A stretch of DNA of 64,000 nucleotides from Toensbergia leucococca (taxonomy: Eukaryota). A program made the translations under genes and the position numbers. Under the pieces are notes generated by a model, which searched no databases, was not told where the DNA came from, and was given only the letters and a program-made list of their open reading frames with translations. This document shows, one piece after another, positions 12,304 to 25,700 of this stretch. Positions within the stretch are counted from its first letter, which is position 1, and each line of letters opens with the position of its first letter. The stretch covers positions 1-64,000 of the forward strand of contig JALDZS010000026.1 in NCBI GenBank assembly GCA_022813965.1, in the 5' to 3' direction.

Positions 12304-13297
12304 ACAAAAATAATCTACCACTCTCGCATGTCCCAACCTCAACATGTTGAATTGTCAAAACTGCATTGGGCTTGTGCGGTCTATCTTGTGTTTTTCGAGT
12401 TTCATTTTTTACTCTGGTGAGACTCGGCGACGGGGAAGGTTGGCGCGTTCGGTGGGGTCCTGGTTGCGATGTTTCCTACAGTTGCATTTTTTTTTTTGGG
12501 TCTGCCTATCGCTATTGCAAAGAGTATTGTGTGGATCGTGGCTGGGTTATTGTACAGAAAAGTATATAGCATCCACCGGAGGTTACCATCGGTATGTCAA
12601 AAGTATATCTCATGTCAACCAACATGGTTCTTGGCCACCTTTCACACTCATTCCTACACGTTGGATGATGTCTGCGAGAGTGGATGGTTCTTGCGACTCT
12701 ACTTGTGGGTAACAGTATTAACCCTAACCCTCATCGAGTTATCCTCCTTTGGGAACCAGTACCTCGCCACAACGACAACATGTTCTTGCATCTCTGATCG
12801 AGAGCATCGAAATGGCAGCGTCCTTTTGCATCGTACGTGCAACAAGATGACCCAAAACGTAATCCAATCGCCCTCATCGCTAATAAACTTATTTCAAGGG
12901 TAACTATTCTCAAGTCTTCGCAACAATCATCAGAAACCAGCATCCAGTCATCACTGGAACGAACTACCGAATCTCAGTTCCCCGCCTCGACAATCACCAG
13001 CTCGGCTACCACTCACCCTCCCAGACAAACATAAACTAAGTAAGACTACACTCAACAGTCCCCAAACAAGGTGCCACACCATCTTCTACCTCCCCCATAC
13101 TCTTCCCATCTCTAGGTACGCATCCAAAAGCTACCCACCTTGATCCCATAGCTAGGTAGGCATGAGAACTACCAGGGCCCCACATCATCATGACTCTCGA
13201 ATCGAATCGAAACAAAAACTCCAGTCCAAAGCCCCCCCCCCCCGGTATCGGATACTTCATGCCAAGGGATATAGAGCAGAGCTTTTTCTTACTGAGC

Positions 13298-13326
13298 GGA
13301 TTGGGATTGGGATTGGGATTGGGATT
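13298..13326 (+). repeat. (GGGATT)n hexamer repeat, G-quadruplex-capable
   Basis: ggattgggattgggattgggattgggatt with four GGG runs separated by 3-nt loops. Confidence 0.8.
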
Positions 13327-15340
13327 CGATCAGGTATGGGGTGTAACTGGGAATATCGGCTGTTGGGCTTGATGATGCCCCTGGCTTTTTGTCGCTGATT
13401 TATTTACTTGCCATGGACTTGGGCGGGCTAGATGTCATGGTTTGGAAAGGGGGGAGGGGGGTTTGGAGGAGTTGGGGTTGGGGGTTTGGGATGGGGTTTA
13501 TTGGGTTGTCTTTTTTCTGGGCGAAGGGTTGGAGGGAGGATGGTAAGGGGATGGATGTTGGGGGGTGGGGGATGCGGTTGAGGGGTTTGGGGCAAGGGGG
13601 TTGGGGATGGGAAGCAAAGAGGGAAGCAAAGATGGGAGCAAAGATGAAATCGAAGGAGGTTGCACTTCTATACCGATAGTGACAGGATGCGATTGTTTCT
13701 TTCTTGCGGTCCCATCTCGCGCGTATATGCGCCCAGGGCTTGCGATGGTCTGTTGCAAGCTCATCAGGCATGGACGTTGGGCTTCCGAGTTGAGCATGTT
13801 CGATCTGTGCGGCTGTGGGATGGAGAGCTTGACACTCATGTCCCACTTTGGTCATGACTAGGTGCTAGAGCCGATTTCAGAAGGAAGTATCGTCATCAGT
13901 TAGAAAGAACTAATCTCGAAAGACGTGGCTAAAATCAAGACGACATGACTCAACTTAACTTCACGAAGCGATACAAACAAACCGCGCCCATTCGTTCAAC
14001 CCAACTCCAACTCACCCAGATCTCCAAAAAGGGAGGCCGGGGCTCGGGTGTTACGGATTATCCTGGATCCTCCACATGGGGCACCGTGATGCATTGACAC
14101 ATCTGGCCTAGCGTCTCACTTAGGCCCGCGCACACATAGATAGTGGGATTCCACCCCCGTAGCTTAGGTTCTCGACCATTACCATACTAAATACCAGAGA
14201 TATCAACCCCATAGCGGAATATCCCTGACATCGGGGGTATTTATATATACATACCCTACCTACCAAACCTACCTCCCCACAAACAATCTGCAAAACCCAA
14301 TCCTCCCCCCCCCCCCCCAAAAAAAACCCCCCCAATTCAAACAAACCACAAGAAGCTGAGAGAGGATGTTGGCAAAAAACAAAAAATAAACAACAATAAC
14401 AAAAAAAAAAACCCTCCAAACTCTACACTTTAAAATCCAATCTTATATAACTAAAAAACAAAAGAAAGGTGAGAAAAGAACCTTCATTTAAAAAATCAAA
14501 AAAAAACAAAGTCGGGGGGGGGTTGGTTGAGGGGGGGGTGGGACGCTACTATCCAACACATGACAGCAAAAGACTCAAAACAAAGAACTTTGAAAAAAAA
14601 AAAAAAATCTCAAATCATCAAAAACAAAACACCCAGTCCGAATCAGAGGTTCAAATGGTCAGGAGCAGGAAACACCCCCCCCGCCCCCGCCCCCCCCCAT
14701 GGTCCCACCGGCCAAAAAAAAAACCACAAACTCAAACTACCCATATCCCCCAACCCAAAAAAGCCACAACTCCAGAAACATCCGGGGCGCAAAAACAGAG
14801 CAAAATGCAAAGCGAAAGAAAGAAAAAAGAAAAAACAACCGTCAAAGCAGCCCAAAGCGCGATGAAGCGTTTTTGAACTCTTTCCCCAGAGTACCAGGGG
14901 AGCCGGATCACGAGGCGCGCACCACAAAAAAAAGGACTTTTTGAAAATCGGCAAACCAGAGAGGAGTCAAAAACAAAGAAAGTTTGAATTTGAGTTTTTT
15001 TTTCATAATAAACTGTATACATCATCTTGAGACGAACCTATCGCAATGCAACGCCCACCATGTTCCAGGCCCTTTCTTCTTTTTACAACCTCGGTATAGA
15101 GAGAAAAAAAAACCTTCGCACTTTCTACCCGAGGAGGGCGAAAGGATTGAAGAAAAGGACAACGGAGCTTCACCCCCCACAAAAAGGAGTGAGGGAAAGA
15201 GGGTACAACGCCAGATTCCGAACAACGCTCATGCAGCCCAATTTCACACAAAGTTCCCTCGGCAAGACGAGAAAATAATTTGATCAATAAAAACCAAACA
15301 AAACGACATGTACGGCGAAAGACGCAAGATAGGCTAACGC

Positions 15341-18300
15341 TCATTTCCACGCGTTAAGCCCAGCCCACGGATCGCTTTGGCTTTGCTGCTGTTGCGGACC
15401 ACTGCTGGGTTGCCGCGGTGGTGGCGCATGATGAGCGTAACCCCCCGGACCCGCCGGATAGGGTAGCCCGGGGTTGGGGTAATTTTGTTGCTGCTGTTGT
15501 TGTTGGGAGCCAGGTGGAGGACCTGGGGGAGGTGGAGGAGGAATGTAGCCTTGCGGCAGGTATTGCATGTGTTGTGGATACTGGGAGTAGGCTTGTTGGG
15601 TGGAATTGGGAAAATAAGGTGTTGGGGCTGGTGATGAAGAGATGGGTGTTTGGTAGGGGTAGGCCATCGGATTGTAGGGATCGCCTTGAGGTGGTCCCCC
15701 GCCGGGGAGGTACTGGTCTCGGGTTGTGGCATCTTGATGATTGCCATTGGGTGATGATGTGTATTGTTGGTAGCTTGGATAGGGTGCCGAGGACCGCGGT
15801 GACGGTATGCTGAGTTGCTTGAAGGGTGGATTTGAATCGTAAGGTGGCGAGATTGGCGGTGATTTGGCCGTGTACGCGTTGCTGACTTGCGAAGGGCGTG
15901 AGAGAGGTGGAGGCCGCGATGCAGACGACTTTGATCTGGTCGGTAATGCTGGTGTTGATCCTGATGGATCGACAGACATGCGCTCCATCAGTTCCCTCAG
16001 CCGATCTCTTTCTCGGTCTGCTTGACCTCCAGCATTATTGGCTTTGTCTCGCTCAATTTGACTCAGCAGCTGGGCACCCTCGGATCGTCGATTGTTCACA
16101 AATGTTTCCACATTCTTTTCAAGACTCTCAACGGTTTCTTTCATCTCCGAGTAGAAGCTTTGCGCCCTTATCAGCCCAGCAATCAGATCGTTGAAGGCTT
16201 GATATATCTTCTTGTATCGAGTGAGAACCGAATTTCTTTGTCGAGTGAAGCTTTCGTATTTGGCCTGCTCTGACCGCACTCTCTTGTCTTGAAGAAGATC
16301 GCTGTATGCTTTTGTGAGCTCTTTCATCAAAGCTGTTTGCTTGTGGTTGGCCTGCAGCAGGCGATTCTGATGGGGCCTGAATTTCTCGAGCTCGGTTTGA
16401 AAGAGCTGATTTTCGTGATTAGAGATAGACTTCTTGTTTAGAATGAGCACGTTGGATATATCGTCCGTGTGCACCTAAGCTATCCATTAGTCAATATCCG
16501 TGTTTTACATCGGTGCATTCGAACCTTCTCTTTGAGGTCTTTGAGAACTTGGGTTCTGTCTCGCTTGATCAGATTCAGTTTCTTCAGTAGATCTTCTATC
16601 CGGGCAATCTGATCCATAACACTAACCCCACCTTCACCATAGTCGTCGTCAAGTAGGTTGCCTTCTCTACTAGGCGACATCGGGCTACCCATACCGTTCT
16701 TTCCTTTGCCTCGATTTCCACCTGCCTTGATCATGGCTCGTTGATAAAGAACATCTGCTTCATCAGTCTCACCAGCTGAACGCATCTCATCGAAATCTGA
16801 CTCGTACTGCCGAGATGTACCGAGAAGTTGCGTATCACTTCCATTAGCTTCCTCGATTGCACCGCGATAACTTCTGATATCGCCCCTGAGCGTTGCAGTC
16901 AGTCGTGAGCTTGGCTGTTGAGTCCAATCTCCACCGTATTTAGACCGCATTTTCTCACATACACTCTCCTCCATATCCAGATTCTTGGTACATCTATCCA
17001 GAACGGCCACTATACCACTTTTGTCATATTGGAGTTGGTCAAACGCCCTTCCAAAGGGTTCATGCCCTGCCAATTCCTCACACCAGTTCCGAAAATCTTC
17101 GTCTACGGTTGTCTCCTGATCCATTCCGCCTTTCAATACATTTAGACTGCCAGGAAGCTTCAAATAATCAAGACTTGCTGCCATCTCACCGTCGGCTGAC
17201 TCAACCTTTTCAGCCTCGGCTCTGACGAGCTTAGCCTTTTCCTCATCATACAAACTTGCAGACTCGGTGACAGACATGGGCACAATTTTTTGAAAGATGT
17301 CAGGACCAATTATTCTTTGAATATCCTGTCCTTGATATAGTTCACTGACTGGTATTGCTTTCGCAGCGGGGAGCTTGGGGATTAGTGTCAAAGCAGCCTC
17401 GTTGGGGACTGTTTGATGATAAATGAAATCATTGTCTTTGTTGAACGATGCTAATCTCTCTTGAACGTTTGACAAGTGCCTTTTGGTCATCTCACTGAGA
17501 CTCGATCCGGTTTCAGAGCTGAGATTTGAACTTGGTGACACAGACGAGGGAAAAGCAGTGGCAATTCGATGAGCATCCTTGCCCTCGGCTTCAGCGACTT
17601 CCAACCTTGCAATTGCAGTGCCGTGAGAGTTAGCATCGGCGTCAGCCAGTGCTTGATAATATTGTGCCACCGAAGCCATGTAATTTGCTTTGATTTGAGT
17701 AACTTGTAGCCAAATCTTTTCAAAGGTGGCCTTGGTCACGTTATCCTGAACCCCTTCCACAGCTTGAGCGTAAAGATAAGCTGCTTGACTTGCAAGCTTG
17801 GCGAGTAGTCCCACCTTCTTCCCGTCGGCAATCTGCTTTTCCAGGAAGACCTCTTGACCTTGTGCCAGCATGATGGCAATCAGCGTTTTTACAGTATCTC
17901 TACTGAGATCTGTAGAAGGAGCGTGCAGAAAGTTTTCATTGATGTATGTAAACATGCCAGCGGACGCTTGAAATGAATGATATGCGGTCTTTAACCCTGA
18001 GTCCTCGAAACGATTCTGGTATGCAGCATGGCAAGAGAGGACGGCGGAGATATTGAATATGATTGAGGCTTTTTCGTAGGCAAGGGAATATTGTGAAGTG
18101 GGTTTGTGGGTAAAGGCGTCAAACCTGGCGGTGAGGTACTATCAGTCCTTGAGCAAGGCTTTGAAATAAAGAGAGCTACTACGTACCAAGTAAAAGATAT
18201 TTTGATGTGGTTCTCATCAACAGGAAATCGAAGATCCAGTAGCTCTAGCTGACCATAGTATCTGTACAATAGATCCCTACCGGCAGCACTATCCTTTCCG

Positions 18301-18464
18301 GCCCCTCTCATGTCTTGTCGTAGTCTGTTCAGAGTTGCGCATTCCTCAGCATATCTCTCAGGGTCATCCCCATATGTCTGCCTTATATAGCCCTTAAGTG
18401 GCAGGATCCAGTCAATTTCGCTAGTCTGCTTCAGAGGACTTGAGATCATGGCAGGTTGCAACAT
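15341..18464 (-). CDS. BRO1: ESCRT-associated vacuolar sorting protein Bro1 (Bro1 domain, V domain, Pro-rich tail; 3 exons)
   Basis: MLQPAMISSPLKQTSEIDW, RDLLYRYYGQLELLDLRFP, SLAYEKASIIFN, KDNDFIYH, SLYDEEKAKLVRAE; introns 18125-18186 and 16475-16524. Confidence 0.93.
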
Positions 18465-19241
18465 CTTCTTGATTGTGGGACCTGGATGGGAGCCAGGCTT
18501 GACGCAGGTGTATATTGATCAAGCTAACATGGCTGTAGCAAGAATTGCAATTGGAGATGTCGGGTGGAATAAATTGCAAAGACCCTGTTCAACAAGGCAG
18601 TGGTCAAAGATGTAACGTAGGTGATGTTAAAGAAAGGAAAATGTCTAGGCAAAGATGTCGTCAGTATGAGAAGGAGTGAAGGACGTCTTTTGTGGGGAAT
18701 GTCTTGATCAACACCATGGACTTACAAGTATCCGTATGGATGCTAGTGATGCGAATACAGTAACAACAAGGATATGGATATGACCGACAGGATGCTTGCG
18801 TGCCTTCAGACTAGGCTTGGTCTTCACTCTTTAGTGCCGCGGACAATCCTTGATATTGAATATCAAGCCCTCCAAGTCCTCTATACGGGTCACTATAAAG
18901 GCCTGTCACTCGGTGATCAATATCTTCGCTTGCATGAGATCTACCACCATCTGCAGCCAATCCCTCTGTAGACTACCCTATCATCTCCACCCATTGCCAA
19001 AATCATCACCTCCATAAGCGCCGAAGAACATCCTACGATTTCGATACCACCAAGAATCCATCAGTGAAATCAATGCCCTTGTTAATTGAATAAAAGAGGT
19101 GAGAGCCTAGTTCATGTACACCTGCCGTGCAATGCCGCCCAGCTCAAATGCAAGGGAGATCTACATAAACCATGTCCCGATTGACCCCCTCCGACGCTAT
19201 GTGTAGTGTAATAGACATCGAACAAATCTTCTTGATACGCC

Positions 19242-21004
19242 CTATGATCCAGACCCGGCCGCTTTCTTGGGCGCCTCATCCTCAGCCTTGTTCTCCGTCT
19301 TTGATCCGGCCGCTGGCTCTTCTGGAGGTAGATCATCATGTTGATGTGTCAATTTATGCCAGGCCGACTTGAGGAATCCCTCATTCTTATGCTCGGCTGC
19401 TTTGTCAGTGGGCGTTGATGAAGACCCTGATTCCGCTTGAGAGTCACTGCTATCACATTAGCCCGATGCGATGCTTTTGGGATACGCAATGTCATCCTCA
19501 CCTAGCTTTCCCAATATTCATAACCCTCTTTGCAGTCTTATCATCAAGCTCATCTGCGAGCATCTCCAAGATGGTCCGTTGGTTGATGCTGAGATATTTG
19601 GGCATTGCCACCTTGAATTCGACTCGGAGATCTCCCGAAGCGCTTCTGCGACCACCGAGCTTCCGCATTCCCAAGCCGCTCAGCGTGATTTTGTCGCCGG
19701 TACCTGTTCCGGTCGCCACCTTTACTTTTACCTCTCCCTCTAAAGTCGGTACCTTTACTTCGCCCCCAAGGACCGCTGTTGTTAATGGAATCGAAGCCGT
19801 ATACAGTACATCTGACCCTGATCGACTGAATTTTGAGTCCGTAGCCACCCTTATAAACACGTACAGATCTCCTCTTGTCGAGCGTGCTTGTGGATTTGCC
19901 GCTGTACCAGTCGGTGGTGCATCTCCTTCCCCAGAGACTCGAAGGCGCATCCCATCTTCCACACCCCCTGGGATATCCACATTGACCGTCTTTCGCTCTC
20001 GAATAACCCCATTCCCATTACAAGTCCCACACTCCCCACCCCGGGGTATTACCACACCTTGCCCACCGCAAGTGTCGCATGTGCTTGCCATTTGAAAACC
20101 TGCTTGCATGAAGTGAACCCGGGTCCCTGTACCCCCGCATTTCTTGCAAGACTGCCTTTGTTGTCCTTTCTTCAATCCTCCTCCAGAACATGTCTTACAC
20201 TGAACTAATGGAGTGATGTAGATGTCCTTGCTCGTCCCCTTTGCAGCGTCCATGAAAGATATGTTTGTCTGTACCTCAATGTTCTCTCCAACTAATATCT
20301 CTTCTTGGAACGGCGACTGTCGCGATCCTCTCCCCCTCTTTCCTCCGCCAGCGAATGCCCCGAACAGATCTTCAAAGTTGATGTCGGCCCCAAAGCCTCC
20401 TCCAAATCCTTGGAAACCATCTGCGCCAGCTGCTCCAGCGAAGGGGCCCCCAGGACCGGCTCCGCCGGCCCCACTTGGATCAAATCCAGCCCCTTGGTCA
20501 AAGGCCGCAGCTCCATACTGATCCCAAGCTTCTTTCTTTTTAGGATCGGATAGCATTTCGTAAGCTGTTTGCGCCTCTCCAAATCGATCCTTGGCTCCAG
20601 CATCTTTGTTCGTGTCGGGATGGTATTTCTTCGCTAGAGAATAGTATGCCTTTTTGATATCGGACGAGGAGGAGCTTTTATCAACGCCTAAAACCGTATA
20701 AGGGTTTTTCGTCGCGTAGTTTGCAGAAGTGGCATGAAAGACCTGGGTATGCAAATGAACATTAGTGAGAATTCTTTGAACTATTGCAAAAAAGACTGAC
20801 CCTCCGATGAGACGGGAACTTCCTCTGCCGACAGTGTGCGGATGGTCGCGGTGTAGGATGGGCAAGGCCGGGGGAAGTAGTATCATAATAAGTTCGGGTT
20901 TGTGCTTTTCGCGCAACACATGTGCTTTGATGAGGCGCCGATGTGCCCAGAAGGCGCAAAGGGATGGCTGCTCTCGGAACTAAGCCATGGCCGATGCAAT
21001 ACAT
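19242..21004 (-). CDS. MDJ1: Mitochondrial type I DnaJ/Hsp40 co-chaperone (3 exons)
   Basis: Basic presequence, J domain with HPD (KKYHPDTNK), G/F region, four CxxCxGxG repeats, [17 protein letters not shown] tail. Introns 20743-20800 and about 19450-19501. Confidence 0.9.
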
Positions 21005-21516
21005 CTTTCAACAAATCTTCAAAGCATAGGATCACAGGTCGAATGCAGGAGTGTAATGAACTCAAGAGGAGCTGGTGAAGCTCAAGGCTGGACCAGAAGA
21101 TCTTTCGACTGTTTTAGACTATCCACTGCCGACTGGACGCTTCCATGGCCAGGGCGAAGGAAAAGTGTCGAAATTACAGCGGGACATGGTCCGTGCATTC
21201 GATTCTAGAATAGAATAGTTCTACTCTGTAATTGTGATTGGATGGAATGATCTGCACTGAAATGTAAAATAAAGCCCGAGTCCCCTCGACCCGAATGTAA
21301 GACAAGTACAGAATGGTTCAATTGCAATGTCCCCCGAAGTCTTCTTCGAAATAATTATGTACATTGTGAAAGACGCGATTGGAAAACTTCTGAGGGAAAC
21401 GCTCCATCTGCTCCGTACTCCTACTCTAATAATACCGGCACCATTGCCAACCTGTAACCTACCAGTGCTAAATACTAGCTATCTTCATAAGCCATCATCA
21501 GTCCTGATTACAATCT

Positions 21517-22156
21517 TCATTTTGGCTTTGAAGGAGCAAACCGCATCCTGAAATTCTTATCTACAATAGCAAATCAGCATAGTGCAATCGAACGAGAGGC
21601 CAGTATCTACCTTGATTATCAGTAACATACAGAAACGAAGTCAGGACCTCGGGTTCATGAATCATGGCCGCATTGAAGTCCTTTCTTACAGCAAGTGCCA
21701 GATGCTCCTTACTGACTCTCCTGCGATCCTTATGCCGCGCCATAGTCGGTGAACATCTTCCAATGCCAGGATTCGTGAGGATCATCTGGTTGTACGGGGA
21801 ATTGAAAGCTGAAGGTGTGTTCAGGCGATAGGCATGTCTGTAAGCTTGGAGCACAGATAAGTCGAAATCGGACCAATTAATCTATACACCGGTAGAGGAT
21901 TAGCCTCCTCTACAAACGCTTGATATAGGTTATTTCATACCCCTCCAGCACTGTCTGATGGACTCTGTTGACCTGTTGCAACGGTTGGTGCTGCTGTCAC
22001 GTCTTTCAAGTTGCTACCGATTGTAACAGCAAAATTCCCAATCCGCCGTCCCTTTGGGACTGAAGCTGTTGGTAGCGTACTTGTCTGCTTTTCTCTCGTG
22101 CTAGAAGCTTCTGACCTCGAATCTTCGGGGATCAGGCGGGGCCGTTGTGGGGCCAT
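21517..22156 (-). CDS. SAP30-like histone deacetylase complex subunit (Sin3-binding domain; 3 exons)
   Basis: INWSDFDLSVLQAYRHAYRL...SKEHLALAVRKDFNAAMIHEPEVLTSFLY...DKNFRMRF resembles the SAP30 Sin3-binding domain; intron 21882-21940 and a second at about 21561-21611. Confidence 0.75.
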
Positions 22157-22787
22157 TTTGTGTCGGGAGGGAGCTCTTCCAAAAGTCTGAATTGGTCTAG
22201 ACTGCCATTCTACTCACTTATCCGCATACAGAAAGTGGCTGATCGGATTACCGAAGTATGGATTGTCAAGCAGGTACAGCGTAGAGTTCGTGCTCAAATG
22301 CAGAGGCTTGGCTTGTGAAAGGTTAATTTGATCGTTATACATTTACTCAATTGTTTAATGCATGTGCACAAAAGATTGATTCACTCGCTCTCCACGACAT
22401 CTTGAAAGTGAGATGATTCGAGGTGAGTACTCCATATGAGTATATAATCGTGCCAAGACGTTCACTCACTCGTCATTTCATTCGGCTCGGCACAAAAGAT
22501 TCTACCTTTGAACCAATAGCCTTCTGTGGTGAACCAAACCAATGCGACCTCGAAGACGTACCTATGGCACAATTAAAGCATTCATTTTTTTCCTCCGGTG
22601 GTATCTGTATATGCAATTATACAAAGTACAGATTTTGGCGACAGAGACACCTATATACAACTACTGAAGCCGCTGCTAGCCCATCTTCATGGCATCTTCA
22701 CTGAGTTTTCAAAGCAATTGATCCACCATGCGCCGTTGGGTATCTTCCGTAGCTCCATGACACGTAATCCTCCAGCTTTTTAAATTT

Positions 22788-25700
22788 TTAAGATGTCCCC
22801 TTCAACATCTCTATACAATTTGTCAATAGATTTGCCGACTCGTGCAACAGCTCCCACCGGCACTCTTTGAACTTATCTCGTAGCAGTAGAAGCATTCCCA
22901 TACACGCATTGCGATCGTGCATTGCGGTGAGATTCTCTGGAGAGTCCACTCCACCCACGCGTCTCAGGAACATTCGCATGTCGTATGTTTGTTCTTCTGG
23001 AGTGTTCAGGATGGGCGGTGATCTGATAGGACCATCTAGAGCGTATCCGTAAGACCAAACGACCAGAGCTGCAAAGTACAGAACCCATGGCCTGTTCAAG
23101 AGAAAGTCGTCTCTTGCCGAATAATCCGTAGAGCCGCTCATCCCGACCACACTCGAATTGTGACGCACGTTGGCAGAGTCCGGTACTAATACTTGCGCAA
23201 GGAACTTGAGAGCATACCATGTTGCGTCTCGTGCACTGGGTTTCGGAGCCCAATGCTCCCGGATCCGGCGCTGTGCAGTGGCATAATCGTGCTGTGTGAT
23301 AGTTCGTCCCAACAGCTGGTTCGCCTTGGCAAAGATTTGACAGTCCACAATATCTACATGCATGGCCATGTGTGCGAGATGATGCAGAACCGTCTTGCTC
23401 TCAAAGAGGTTCTCCTCATCCAATTTACCCGGGGGTTGATAGAATCTTGGCATGGTATTGACGTCTTTGAGAGTATGCTCATCAAAGTCGGTTTTCCATG
23501 TATCGAATGCTCTGGTCAGCGAACCTCGCCATACGTCTTTGCCGTTGAAAGCCTTCAAGGCACCTAGGTTACGAACCTGTAGGTCCCGTTGATGCATGTG
23601 CCAGCTAACGTTGAGTAGCCCGGCCATGATGGCAGTACGCCCGAAAGAGTTCGTCTGCACAGGTTGGTTTTTCAATGTCTTTCTCAGGCCATCGTAAAAG
23701 CTGAGAGGCTTGACTCCAGCAGCTTCGAGACTTGCTTCCATACGACCTACGTCAGCACCACTGGTTGCGGACCAAAGAGATTCGTCACAGGGTAGTGGCA
23801 ATCGCATCTCATGCGCAACCATGACGGCGGTATGACCAAACATAGTCGTGTGGATGGAGTCGGTTATGAAAGCCGCGAATGCTACTCTCCGAGTAGCCTC
23901 GTTGGTGATCCAATTGTTCCACCACTGGTCCGGTGTAATGGCACCATCTGTACCAGATCCAAACCTGTCGGCTTTGATGTTTGGGTACAGATCCGCAGGA
24001 GATTGACCAAGAGATCGGCCTATGAGAGAGCTTCCTCTTCTCATAAGCGTCAAAGTTGTCCCATGATGGATATGAGCTCTTTCGTGTAGAACACGTGTAG
24101 AGTACATTTTCTCATATACTTCTAGTAACAGCAGGGCTTGGAACACCCATAGTTCGGCAGGTGGCCTGAAGTCTTTATCCTTCAAGATTTCCCAACGGAG
24201 GTGCCAAGCAAGGAAATTGGACAGATCAGCACCCGCTTTAGTAACCTCGTAGCCATGCATCTTGTCGAGGCAAGATGCACCGATCGCGATGATAGCAATC
24301 AGGAGGAGGTTCTGGGCCTTGTCCGCGACGAATGTTGGCTCATGGAGGATTGGCATCTGCGGGTGAAAATGGTACCAGTATGATCCGATGTATGTTCGTA
24401 GACTTTGCAAGCTCATCACGTGAGTCTCTACATTGGGATCACCGTCAAGAAGAGCCTCCTTTTGCTTCATCACAGGGGCATGATCTGTCTCATTGAATCG
24501 GTGCTCGATGATTTTGAGCAATTTTTGTCGTTTCTCTTCGGAGAGAATGGTGTGCTGTACGGTTGAGTCCAATATACTATTCACATCCATAGGGTGCTGT
24601 GGTGGCATGGATTGGCCATAATGTCCGTTTGTTGCCCCATCTTCTGCACCGGACATCGCGCTGGGGCTTTCCATGAAAGCTGTAGAGCCGAAAGACCTCG
24701 AACCACGTCGATGATCTGGAGATGCTTCTACGTAGTGAGAGTCATTCAAAAGCCAAGCAGCAAAGTCATCCGCCATTGCAAACGGAGAGCGACTGAACGA
24801 GTACCCCTCCCCGCCGAATACCGGCGTGGAGTACAAGGCTTTGTTCTGGTCTATATACTGCGAGTCCATGAGAGTAGGGCCTGGAATCTCCATATTCAAG
24901 GGAGTGACCACCGATCCAAAGCCAGAAGGATTGGTAGTATAGCTTGGTTGTGCGCCTCGCGGGGATGGCTGCGTTATCGGAGCATACACAGGTGGTGGCA
25001 AAGCCGACATTGCGGGAAAGTCCTGATGCGGTATGAAGGCGCCGTTGCCACTACCATTTTGCATGTGCGGCTGTGGAACATAGCCATAAGGATGTTGTGT
25101 CGCGTATGAAGTAGTTGGGGAAACGCGATACATTGCCGGGCTTGTCAAGGATTGTGTAGAAGGACGACTGCTTCGTTGATCCATGTCCGAACCTTTCTGG
25201 GAGCGAATAGTGTTGACAGCCCCAAAACTTGCGTGTCTCTGGTGAGGATCGAAGGTTGAGACGGGCGTAGTTCTCAATCTATTCGACGAATCGTAACCGG
25301 GGGGTGTGGGGCCGGAATAATAATGACCGTCACTGCTGATTCTATCTAGGCGAGTCGTTGAGCTGTACTCGGAGCTTTGAGGGGTGCCATAGGATCCAGG
25401 TGATTTCAACCGGGTTTCTAAAGGCGTGAGATCTTTGGGTCGGAGCTGCTGTGATTGCATGACATGACCTGGTAGGGGGGATCGAGCCGGTATCACAGGG
25501 ATCTCAAGTGGGGGGAAATGTGGTGCACTGTTCATCTGCCGGCTGCCGCTCGTGACAGATGCATGCGAGGATGATGGACGATATGAGGATGTCGAATGGT
25601 CTGGATTACTAGGCACTGGTGATGACAGGGCCGAACCACCAGAATTAGGAACATAATTTTCCTTTCGCTGTAATTGAGAGCCCCGATTGTTGGTGTGCCT

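Noticed and set aside
12719..12733. TAACCCTAACCCT telomere-like sequence
   Set aside because: Only two units, expected by chance. The nearby GGGATT repeat is the reverse, not the complement, of TTAGGG.
13400..13855. 151-aa minus-strand Pro-rich ORF and overlapping ORFs
   Set aside because: Open frames are explained by G-rich low complexity; no recognisable domain or convincing splice structure.
14469..15350. Several K/P/F-rich ORFs on both strands
   Set aside because: Translations of homopolymer runs.
19415..20521. Long antisense ORFs opposite MDJ1 (likewise opposite LEU1, FAA1, SSC1 and the NmrA-like gene)
   Set aside because: Shadow ORFs caused by codon bias of the real gene.
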